This document shows, piece after piece, positions 1 to 7,835 of a stretch of 64,000 nucleotides of DNA. The position numbers and the translations under genes were made by a program. Source of the stretch: an uncultured cyanobacterium (GTDB lineage: Bacteria > Cyanobacteriota > Cyanobacteriia > Phormidesmidales > Phormidesmidaceae); assembly GCA_963793265.1 (NCBI GenBank), contig CAWBZI010000004.1:256001-320000 (forward strand). Direction: 5' to 3'. The notes below the pieces were generated by a model. That model had not been told where the DNA came from, made no database searches, and saw only the letters and a list, made by a program, of their open reading frames with translations. How positions within the stretch are numbered: position 1 is the first letter of the stretch; the number at the start of each line of letters is the position of its first letter.

Positions 1-928
1 CAGCGATCGCCTTGATCAAGCAAAAGGCTTCATCTAGCTCCAACCCCCCAGGGACAGGCGTGCCGGTAGTCGGACACAGCTTAGGATCTAGCCCATCGAT
101 ATCGAAGCTGATGTATACGTGCGGCGGCAGGTCTCTGATAATGGTGTGGCAGAGTGTGAGCCAGGGGGTGCCTGCATAGCGCGATCGCTTCAGTTCTGTA
201 TCGTGATGCAGCACAATACGACCCTGGGATTCCTTCGCCAGCGCTACTTCTCTGTGCGAAATGTCGCGAACGCCGACCTGCACCAGCTTAGAGACTTGAG
301 GCAGCTCAAGCGCATTACGCATAATCGAGGCGTGGGAAAATCGAAAGCCCTGGTAGGCGTCACGCAGGTCGCAGTGGGCATCGATATGCAGGATGCCGAA
401 GTCGGGATATTTTTCGGCAAGGGCTTGGAGTGCGCCTAGTGGAACGCTGTGATCGCCGCCGAGAATGCCGACGGTTTTGCCGTCTGATAGCGCCTGGCGC
501 GTTTTGCTTGCAAGCCACTGGTTGATTTTTTCGCAGCCGCTGTTGACGCGGTTAAGCGCTTGCGTGAGTTCGGGCTTTTTGAGGGCAGCAGGGTTTTGTT
601 CGGTGGCCTCAACAATCTTTTGGGCGGGCGATCGCAGCTCAGCATTCATCGCCTCAATCCACTTTGGCACAGGCGGCATGTAGATCCCCTGCTTCCAACC
701 GTCAGGATTGTCGTAGTCATAAAAATCAAGCTGAGGCGAGGCGTCTAACACGGCCTTTGGCCCTTGAGCAGTGCCGCTATGAAACGACACCGTAACCTCC
801 CAGGGCACGCCTAAAATGATGACACCAGCGGTGTCGTAGTCAAAAGGAAAGCCGAAGATATTGCCATTGTTGAGGCCGACACCGCCAGGGTCAAATGTGT
901 TAATAAGCTGCTGTTTTGTTTTGTTCAT
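1..928 (-). CDS. speB: Agmatinase/ureohydrolase-family protein (3' end runs off the window; missing from the ORF track)
   Basis: Manual translation from ATG at 928: MNKTKQQLINTFDPGGVG... with ureohydrolase Mn-binding motifs GGDHS, HIDAHCD, SFDIDGLDP and TGTPVPGG; 8 nt downstream of speD-speE. Confidence 0.85.
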   Translation of the reverse strand, partial: MNKTKQQLINTFDPGGVGLNNGNIFGFPFDYDTAGVIILGVPWEVTVSFHSGTAQGPKAVLDASPQLDFYDYDNPDGWKQGIYMPPVPKWIEAMNAELRSPAQKIVEATEQNPAALKKPELTQALNRVNSGCEKINQWLASKTRQALSDGKTVGILGGDHSVPLGALQALAEKYPDFGILHIDAHCDLRDAYQGFRFSHASIMRNALELPQVSKLVQVGVRDISHREVALAKESQGRIVLHHDTELKRSRYAGTPWLTLCHTIIRDLPPHVYISFDIDGLDPKLCPTTGTPVPGGLELDEAFCLIKAIA

Positions 929-936
929 GTCGAGAG

Positions 937-2226
937 TTAGGCAGAACGGCTCAGCATGTTTTTGATAAACGTGGGCAGGCAGAAAGCGGCCTGGTGAATG
1001 GCGCTGTTGTAGTACTGCAAGCCGTGATCGCTGGCAAATTTGCTGGCGTCGTTGGTGTTCAATGTTTTTACGGGATGCGTGCCGTTTTTGGTGCCGTAGG
1101 TGAAGCTCCACATGCCAGTAGGATAGGTTTGAATGAAGACCAGGTAGGGGTGAACATTCTGGGGGCTGAAGATGTCTTGCAGGCAGTGGCTTACATCAAC
1201 AAATGCTTTTTGGTTGAACCGGGGTGACTCGCTTTGGGCGGTCAAAATGCCATCAGGCTTGAGGATACGGTAGACGTTTTGGTAGAATTCGGTGCTGAAT
1301 AGGCCGACAGAAGGGCCAACAGGATCGGAGGAATCGACCACTACAAAGTCGAAGCTTTCGGCCTCGGCACTAGCAACATAGTCAATGCCGTCGCCAATGA
1401 TGAGGTTGAGCTTGGGATCGTCTAAGGAGGAAGATAGAGAGGGTAAAAATTCGCGAGAGGCGCGTACGACTACTTCGTCAATTTCGACCATGGTGACACT
1501 TTCAACCGACGGGTGCCTGAGAATTTCGCGGACGCTGCCACCATCGCCGCCGCCAATCACCAGCACGTTTTTAATGCCAGGATTTGCCAGCATGGGCACG
1601 TGGATAATCATTTCGTGATAGGCAGCTTCATCGCGTTCGCTACACATCACCATTTTGTCTACGGTGAGCATTTTGCCGTATTTGAAGGTGTCAAAGATTT
1701 CGACGAGCTGGTAAGGAGATTTTTCTTGGAAGAGGCGATCGCCCTTATGCCGAATTGAGAGCGCGATATTGTCGTCTTTATCAGTAAACCAGACGCTGCG
1801 ACTGTGCTTAGGCGGCATTAGTTTTTGGGTGGCTACATCGCGCATATCGCCTAAGTCAATGTCAATTTTCTCTAACAGCTCTAGCTGACCGCGATTGAGT
1901 TCTATTGCCGAGCCATGCTCGGCTTCAAAGGCGACCTTGAGACTTTCGTAAGACACCCAGGGATTGACCGAATCGCCGCAGGTAAACAAATCAACTGCGG
2001 CATAGCGGTATTCGGGCCAGGTGTGAATAGCCAGGTGGCTCTCTTGAATGACGATAACGCCAGAGACGCCAAAGGGTGAAAAGTGATGAAATACCGAGTT
2101 AATGATGGTTGCGCCGCTCTTTGTAGCAGCTTCTAGCATGTCGTGTTCGATGCGGGGCACATCGTTGAGAATTTCGGCGGAGCAGCCGTGAAATTCGACT
2201 AGAATATGGCGACCGAGAGACTTCAT
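937..2226 (-). CDS. speD-speE: Fused S-adenosylmethionine decarboxylase (SpeD) / aminopropyltransferase (SpeE, spermidine synthase family)
   Basis: N-terminal ~120 aa has LGRHIL and [13 protein letters not shown] (pyruvoyl self-cleavage E|S); C-terminal part has [18 protein letters not shown] and DSSDPVGP. Confidence 0.92.
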   Translation of the reverse strand: MKSLGRHILVEFHGCSAEILNDVPRIEHDMLEAATKSGATIINSVFHHFSPFGVSGVIVIQESHLAIHTWPEYRYAAVDLFTCGDSVNPWVSYESLKVAFEAEHGSAIELNRGQLELLEKIDIDLGDMRDVATQKLMPPKHSRSVWFTDKDDNIALSIRHKGDRLFQEKSPYQLVEIFDTFKYGKMLTVDKMVMCSERDEAAYHEMIIHVPMLANPGIKNVLVIGGGDGGSVREILRHPSVESVTMVEIDEVVVRASREFLPSLSSSLDDPKLNLIIGDGIDYVASAEAESFDFVVVDSSDPVGPSVGLFSTEFYQNVYRILKPDGILTAQSESPRFNQKAFVDVSHCLQDIFSPQNVHPYLVFIQTYPTGMWSFTYGTKNGTHPVKTLNTNDASKFASDHGLQYYNSAIHQAAFCLPTFIKNMLSRSA

Positions 2227-2453
2227 GGGCAGATACCACAGTAGATACAGAGTGTTTGAGTGGGCGTGGCTCTAATTCTAGGGCGAGCGATTGAGCTGAG
2301 ATAGAGGTGCGGTAGATACAATAGCGAAACAAAGTGCATAAGCGCATCTTGCTTAACGACGATTGCCAAAATAATTCTAAAAATGCGGTTGCGATCGCAC
2401 AATTGAGTTGCCTAATCGTCGTAGGCTAAAGCGCAGTTAGGGAGATACATCTT

Positions 2454-4664
2454 ATGAATGCAGGTGACGGGCGCGGTGGATCTTCGCTGTTGGGCGATCG
2501 CTACACCATAGTGCGAGAGCTAGGTCGCGGTGGATTTGGCCAAACCTACCTGGCGAAAGACCGTCACCGACACGATGAGATGTGCGTGATTAAAGAATTC
2601 ATGCCGCAGGTAGAAGGGCAGGCAATGCTGGAGAAAGCAAAGTCGCTATTCGAGCGTGAGGCGCAGGTGCTCTACACGCTCGATCATCCCCAGATTCCTA
2701 AGTTTCGCCAGCTATTCAAGAGCGAGGCAGATACGGCGGACGGCCTGTTTTTGGTGCAAGATTTTGTGCCGGGCTTTACCTATCAGTCTTTGTTAGAGAG
2801 CCGTCAGGAGTACGGTGGTAAGTTTTCAGAAACGGAGGTGACGCAGCTTCTCTATCAGCTTTTGCCAGTGCTCACCTATATTCACAGCGCCGGGCTAGTG
2901 CATCGTGATATCTCGCCTGATAATTTGATTCTACGACCGGCAGATGGTCTGCCTGTGCTGATTGATTTTGGTAGTGTGAAGGCGATCGCCGCTAAGGTCA
3001 GCAGCGAGCTTTCAAACGCAAATTTTGAAGAGGTGGCCCTGACTCGAATCGGTAAGGTGGGCTACGTGCCCCCTGAGCAAATGAGCACAGGCGAGGTAGA
3101 TCCCTCTAGCGATTTGTATGGCCTTGCCGCTACGCTGCTGGTGCTGGCTACGGGTGGAGATCCGCAGATGCTAAAAGACCCTGAGCAGGGGGCAGTGGGC
3201 GGATTAGACGCTTTGAGCCCCAAGCTGAGCCGTATTTTGGGCAAAATGCTGGCCACCGATCGGCTCGATAGGTTTTCTTCAGCAGATGCGGTACTCAGCG
3301 CGCTACAGTCTGCTGAGAATCCGGTTGATAGTGCAGGCGGTGAGTTTGAGGAAGGCTTTGAGGCGATAGAGGCGGGTGCCTTTAATGAAATCCATCCGCC
3401 AACAGGGCTAGCGGGTAATGCAGGGCTCGGCAGTGAGTTTGAAGACGGGCAGGTGATGGCAATTACTTCGCCGGAGGTGCTATCGGCTGAGCCGTTAGAG
3501 CGAGCAGACAGCGCTGCTGATGAGTCAGAAACGTACGAAGGTGAGCTGGGTAGACCGCCGCAAAAAACCAGTAATAACAGCACGACTCAAGCCATTATTG
3601 GTCTGCTGGCCGTTTTAGGTTTGGTGGGTACGGCGCTGCTGTTTTTCTTTTTGCGAACTGACAATTCGCCAGCGGGTGCTGGGCAGCAGGCAAATTCGCA
3701 GGATTCTGTCCAAAATGTGGTGCTTGCAGACGGCGACCTTCCGCCTGAGGAAATTGCGCGCAAAGAAGAGATTCGTCTGCGTCGAGAAGATTTAGGCGTG
3801 GGTGAAACCTACTTCACGCGTCTAGTCGATCAGCTTTTTTATCAGGAGTATCCCACCCTGCTCACCAGTGGCCCTAATAATGGGCGGAAGACTCTAAGCG
3901 CGGCCCCTGACGATGAGCCTTTGCGCATTCGGTGGGATAACATCTCGTTTGATCTGCTCGAAACAATGGAGAACAACTACAGCCCCACAGTTTTGGACAA
4001 TTTGGGCAGCTATAGCGAGGAGAGTCGGGGCGAATGGCGATCGCTCATCAATAGTGCTAACGTCAATGACCGAGCGCTGAACGATCTAGTAGACGCGAAG
4101 TTCTTCACGCTTTTTCCTAGCCAGGCGGGTCGTGACTTTTTAACTCAGCCTATCGGCCAGCTTTATTACGCGCTAGCTGCCGATCGGGCTCGTGATATTG
4201 CTTCGGGCCAGCGGGTTGAGACAGTAGCCTTTGGTGAAAGTGACTTCAGTAAGGATGTCAGCGGTGAACTCGGGCCAGGCGAAGGTCAAATCTATTTGAT
4301 GCCGCTTTCAGCCGGGCAGCTATTGCGGCTAAACTTATCTGCGCCCGCAGAGAGCACCCAGCTTTCGCTCTATGCGCCTGAGCAAACAGACGATAATCCG
4401 GCTGTGTTTGCTGATTCTGAGCAGACAACCTGGTCAGGCTCGCTGTCACAGGAAGGCACTTATGAACTGGTTGTGGTGAACCGCTCTTCGTCGCCTATTG
4501 ACTACCAAATGACAATCTCAGTGGATCGAGTTACCTCTACGCCAGTTGCGCCTCCCAGAGAAGAGACTGATGATGAGGTTACAACCGACTCGATTCAGGA
4601 CGATCGGAATGACCAAAGTACAGTAGATGAGACTGATTCTGCTGCGGATGATGCGAGTGAGTGA
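2454..4664 (+). CDS. Membrane-anchored Hanks-type Ser/Thr protein kinase with C-terminal extracytoplasmic domain
   Basis: LGRGGFG, VIKE, HRDISPDN, DFG, GYVPPEQ; hydrophobic TM AIIGLLAVLGLVGTALLFFFL; C-terminal beta-rich PPC-like region. Confidence 0.9.
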   Translation: MNAGDGRGGSSLLGDRYTIVRELGRGGFGQTYLAKDRHRHDEMCVIKEFMPQVEGQAMLEKAKSLFEREAQVLYTLDHPQIPKFRQLFKSEADTADGLFLVQDFVPGFTYQSLLESRQEYGGKFSETEVTQLLYQLLPVLTYIHSAGLVHRDISPDNLILRPADGLPVLIDFGSVKAIAAKVSSELSNANFEEVALTRIGKVGYVPPEQMSTGEVDPSSDLYGLAATLLVLATGGDPQMLKDPEQGAVGGLDALSPKLSRILGKMLATDRLDRFSSADAVLSALQSAENPVDSAGGEFEEGFEAIEAGAFNEIHPPTGLAGNAGLGSEFEDGQVMAITSPEVLSAEPLERADSAADESETYEGELGRPPQKTSNNSTTQAIIGLLAVLGLVGTALLFFFLRTDNSPAGAGQQANSQDSVQNVVLADGDLPPEEIARKEEIRLRREDLGVGETYFTRLVDQLFYQEYPTLLTSGPNNGRKTLSAAPDDEPLRIRWDNISFDLLETMENNYSPTVLDNLGSYSEESRGEWRSLINSANVNDRALNDLVDAKFFTLFPSQAGRDFLTQPIGQLYYALAADRARDIASGQRVETVAFGESDFSKDVSGELGPGEGQIYLMPLSAGQLLRLNLSAPAESTQLSLYAPEQTDDNPAVFADSEQTTWSGSLSQEGTYELVVVNRSSSPIDYQMTISVDRVTSTPVAPPREETDDEVTTDSIQDDRNDQSTVDETDSAADDASE

Positions 4665-4665
4665 T

Positions 4666-5592
4666 TTAGCTGGCTAGATCTGCGTCGGCTAGGTCTGTGA
4701 TGAAAGGGGCGATCGCGCTAACAAATTCAGGCGCAGACTCATAGGGCATCACATTTCGCCCTTCGATAGTCACACCCTGAGCACGAGGAAAGTGATCCAT
4801 GTATTCTTGCAGGCGCTTTTGGCTGGGATTGTCGGTGATCTTCTCTAGCTTTTTAGCAGTTTTACGATCGATAGTAGAGGCTGATTCGCCCATGACGATG
4901 AGGACAGGCTTTTGAATTTGGGCAATGTCTTGAGCATAGTCTTGCCGCCAAAAGCCTGCTAAAAAGGAGAACACGGCGTAGCGACTGTCAAGGTTTTTTG
5001 CGCCCTGTTCTAGCATGGTTAGCCAGCGATCGCTCACGTCTTCGGCATTTTCAAATAGCTGCTTTTGTGAAAACGAACGCAAGAAACTTTCTCGCCGTGC
5101 ATAGCGATAAAACAAACTGCCCAAGGGCGACGAAAAGAACTGCCAGCCCAGCGTCTGCTTCCACTGATCGGAAGGCGTGGTCATCAGCCGCCAGGCCGGA
5201 GGCCCAGAAAGCACCATTCCGCGTACCTTTTCGCCCGCAGGTAGCGCCATCAGCCGCACCGCTACCGGGAGCAGCGCCCCCTGCACCACTAATACAACAG
5301 ATTCTTCTACCACTTGCTCAACAAAGTATGCGAGCTGCTGCGCCCAATCTTCGGGTTTATAAGCTTTGCTTGGCATATCGCTTTCGCCGCAGCCTAATAG
5401 ATCTGGGTTGTAGATTGCGCTAGTCGCCTCGGTTTGCTGCCACTGTTCTATGAAAGGACGCCAAAAGTTACCAGAGAGTCCTACGCCGATGGGGTGAATA
5501 AGTAGTAGCGCTGGAGCTTTGGCATCCGCATTCTTTTTTCTAGGAACCTTTTCAAAAGCGCACTGATGATTTTGCCAGGTGTAAAATTCCAT
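4666..5592 (-). CDS. Alpha/beta-fold hydrolase
   Basis: LLLIHPIGVG, PDLLGCGESD; nucleophile elbow atypical (VQG). Confidence 0.8.
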   Translation of the reverse strand: MEFYTWQNHQCAFEKVPRKKNADAKAPALLLIHPIGVGLSGNFWRPFIEQWQQTEATSAIYNPDLLGCGESDMPSKAYKPEDWAQQLAYFVEQVVEESVVLVVQGALLPVAVRLMALPAGEKVRGMVLSGPPAWRLMTTPSDQWKQTLGWQFFSSPLGSLFYRYARRESFLRSFSQKQLFENAEDVSDRWLTMLEQGAKNLDSRYAVFSFLAGFWRQDYAQDIAQIQKPVLIVMGESASTIDRKTAKKLEKITDNPSQKRLQEYMDHFPRAQGVTIEGRNVMPYESAPEFVSAIAPFITDLADADLAS

Positions 5593-5677
5593 GAGAAGAA
5601 CGGTAGAAGAGGGCTGTTTTATGAACCATCATAAACAGCTCTCTAGTAACCCGTTGAGACTTCTCCCCAATCCTTTG

Positions 5678-6271
5678 TTAGACGGTAGCCACAGGTGAAG
5701 AGAAGTTCTGACTGACTTCCTTAGCACTGAGCGCTTTTTCAGGAGCGGCTTCAAGCGATAGGTTAGCGTCTAGCTGCGCGCGATGGAGCATAGTGGCTTG
5801 CAAACAAGCAGCTTCCATTCTCGCTCCGGTGAGGTTAGTACTGGTTAAATCAGCGCCAGTTAGATCAGCGCCAGTTAGATCAGCGCCTCGCAGGTCGGAG
5901 TAGCAGAGTTTTGCGCCCCGCAGGTCTGCGCCTGCAAAGCTTGCGCCTTTTAAGTCTGACAGGCGTAGGTCGGCTCTGTGTAAAACTGCGCCGCTAAAGT
6001 TCGCGCCCGCTGCGTTGCTACGAACCATGACGGCCTGATGTAGATTTGTCCATCGCAGGCTAGCTTGTTCTAAATTGACTCGCCACATCATCGAGCCCGT
6101 CAAATCTGTGTTGTCTAGCTGCGCGTGGCTTAGCTCAGCGTTTGTTAGATCTGCCCAACGTAGCTGAGCACCTATAAGCTGTAGAGAAGCCAGGCTAGCT
6201 TCACGCAAATCTATGCGCTCGAAGTGGCGCTGACCTGCTGTGTATTTTTGGATGAGTTGATAAGCGTCCAT
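5678..6271 (-). CDS. Pentapeptide repeat protein
   Basis: Tandem A(D/N)Lxx repeats; typical N-terminus LIQKYTAGQRHF. Confidence 0.9.
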   Translation of the reverse strand: MDAYQLIQKYTAGQRHFERIDLREASLASLQLIGAQLRWADLTNAELSHAQLDNTDLTGSMMWRVNLEQASLRWTNLHQAVMVRSNAAGANFSGAVLHRADLRLSDLKGASFAGADLRGAKLCYSDLRGADLTGADLTGADLTSTNLTGARMEAACLQATMLHRAQLDANLSLEAAPEKALSAKEVSQNFSSPVATV

Positions 6272-6337
6272 GTTGGCTAACTATGTCTGGCGCTTATGAT
6301 CGCTGGACAAGATTGTAAAGTTTCATTAACGCTTATC

Positions 6338-6355
6338 AATGTAACAAAATGTAAC
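6338..6355 (-). promoter_or_regulatory. HLR1 (RpaB-binding) direct repeat
   Basis: Minus strand reads GTTACATT-TT-GTTACATT, a perfect match to (G/T)TTACA(T/A)(T/A)-N2 repeat; ~67 nt upstream of the pentapeptide gene. Confidence 0.65.
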
Positions 6356-6425
6356 TTTAGTTGCAACGCTCCAGCATAAAGTGCTTTTTGTCTTTAGCTT
6401 TCCATCTTCACAAGGCGATTCGCCG

Positions 6426-6995
6426 CTAATGAACAGGCCCTTGAGCAGCGCAAACCGTAGACCAGCTTTCGTGGTTAAGTCGGGCATCCAGCAGGCCGCT
6501 GACTTCGCCGCGCTGGCCGATGATTCGTTCGCGGTCGAGTGAACCCGGCTGGGTGTAGGTCGTGAGCTGATCGAGGGTGGTGGCGGCGCATACCCAGTCC
6601 TGACGCTCGGTGGCGGTGGCAAGGCGGGCGTATAGCTGGTCGATGGCGCTCTGCCGGGCAAAGACGCGATCGTATTGAATGTAGTAGGCCATGTTGTCGG
6701 CGGCAGCGGCGGCGTAGGGATGGCCGGGCCGGATCATTAGGGCTCTTTTGAAGTTGATAAGGGCGGTGTTGAAGTCGCCCTGGCGGGAGGCGGCGTAGCC
6801 TACGTTCATGGCTTGCTGGAAGCTCATGCCTGCGGTGGTGAGGGCGGGTGAGGATTGGGGCGTTTGTGAGGATTGGGGCGTTTGGGCGATCGCACTTGAT
6901 GCCAAGTTAGCCGCAATCAATAACCCAGTAAGTCCCGCTGCTGCTAATTGGCCCAGAATGAAACCTTGGCGGCGTGTGGGTTTAATGGCGGACAT
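6426..6995 (-). CDS. Secreted TPR-like protein
   Basis: Signal peptide ending AIA-Q; TPR-like GYAASRQGDFNTALINFKRALMIRPG. Confidence 0.7.
   Translation of the reverse strand: MSAIKPTRRQGFILGQLAAAGLTGLLIAANLASSAIAQTPQSSQTPQSSPALTTAGMSFQQAMNVGYAASRQGDFNTALINFKRALMIRPGHPYAAAAADNMAYYIQYDRVFARQSAIDQLYARLATATERQDWVCAATTLDQLTTYTQPGSLDRERIIGQRGEVSGLLDARLNHESWSTVCAAQGPVH
6849..6884. repeat. Perfect 18-bp tandem duplication (encodes QTPQSS x2)
   Basis: TGAGGATTGGGGCGTTTG x2, directly adjacent to HIP1 at 6886. Confidence 0.85.
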
Positions 6996-7141
6996 GGCAG
7001 CACTCTAGATATAGCGAGACGACTGACAGCCTAAGCTATTCTACGGAGCGGTTGCATGGGTGAAATCGACCAAGCTTTATCGTTAGATGGTAGGTTTCAG
7101 GTGATGGCTCAGCGGTTGTACTGAGCCAAGGAGCTAGACCG

Positions 7142-7591
7142 ATGCAGATATGGATAGATGCGGACGCTTGTCCGAATGCAATTAAGGAGATTATTTTTCG
7201 GGCGGCTAAGCGGACGAGATGTGCGCTGACGCTGGTGGCAAATCAGCCAGTGCAGGCCCCCGCTTATGCCGAAATGATCGTGGTGCCCTCTGGGTTTGAC
7301 GGGGCAGACAATAAAATTGTGGAACTGCTGGTGGCAGGTGATTTGGTGATCACCGCTGATATTCCTTTGGCGGCGAAGGTATTAGATAAAGGCGGCTTTG
7401 TGTTTAATCCGCGAGGGGATGAGTATACGAGCCGGAACATAGGCGATCGCCTCTCTGTCCGCAACCTTCTAGAATCCTTTCGCGGCGGCGCAGAGCCCGT
7501 TGGCGGCGGCCCGCCACCTTTGAACAATAGAGATAAGGCCAACTTTGCCAATCAGCTCGATCGATTTTTAACAAGGCATCATCAGAACTGA
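7142..7591 (+). CDS. YaiI/YqxD (UPF0178) family protein
   Basis: [23 protein letters not shown] and FANQLDR signatures. Confidence 0.9.
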   Translation: MQIWIDADACPNAIKEIIFRAAKRTRCALTLVANQPVQAPAYAEMIVVPSGFDGADNKIVELLVAGDLVITADIPLAAKVLDKGGFVFNPRGDEYTSRNIGDRLSVRNLLESFRGGAEPVGGGPPPLNNRDKANFANQLDRFLTRHHQN

Positions 7592-7724
7592 AACCATACA
7601 CAAAGGGGCAGTGATAAAAGAGCGCGTTCAAGAGTGATTCACTACGGCTTATGGCTCGGATATGTTCTTGAGGTCAATATCTCCTTGACATACTGTATAA
7701 AGCGTATAAAGGTCGTCGGTAATG

Positions 7725-7835
7725 GTCGCACCATCGACTGTGATGCTGCCTTTATCGTCTAGATCAAAGATAATCTCGAGTCAGCGTCGCACCATCGACG
7801 GTGACACTGCCTTTGTCATCAAGATCGAAGATGAT
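7725..7835. repeat. Diverged 50-bp tandem duplication at the 3' end of the malectin gene (7725-7774 and 7786-7835)
   Basis: 42/50 identical by manual alignment; both copies encode IIFDLDDKGS(V/I)TVDGAT; offset 61 nt. Confidence 0.85.

Noticed and set aside
119..748. Short ORFs listed in the track at the left edge
   Set aside because: They overlap the real minus-strand agmatinase frame, which the track missed because it has no stop in the window
2356..2422. Inverted repeat ACGACGATT/AATCGTCGT upstream of speD-speE as a possible riboswitch
   Set aside because: Only 9 bp, and no SAM or other riboswitch consensus that I can recognise
5845..5890. 15-bp tandem repeats
   Set aside because: They simply encode ADLTG pentapeptide units; not a CRISPR array or VNTR locus
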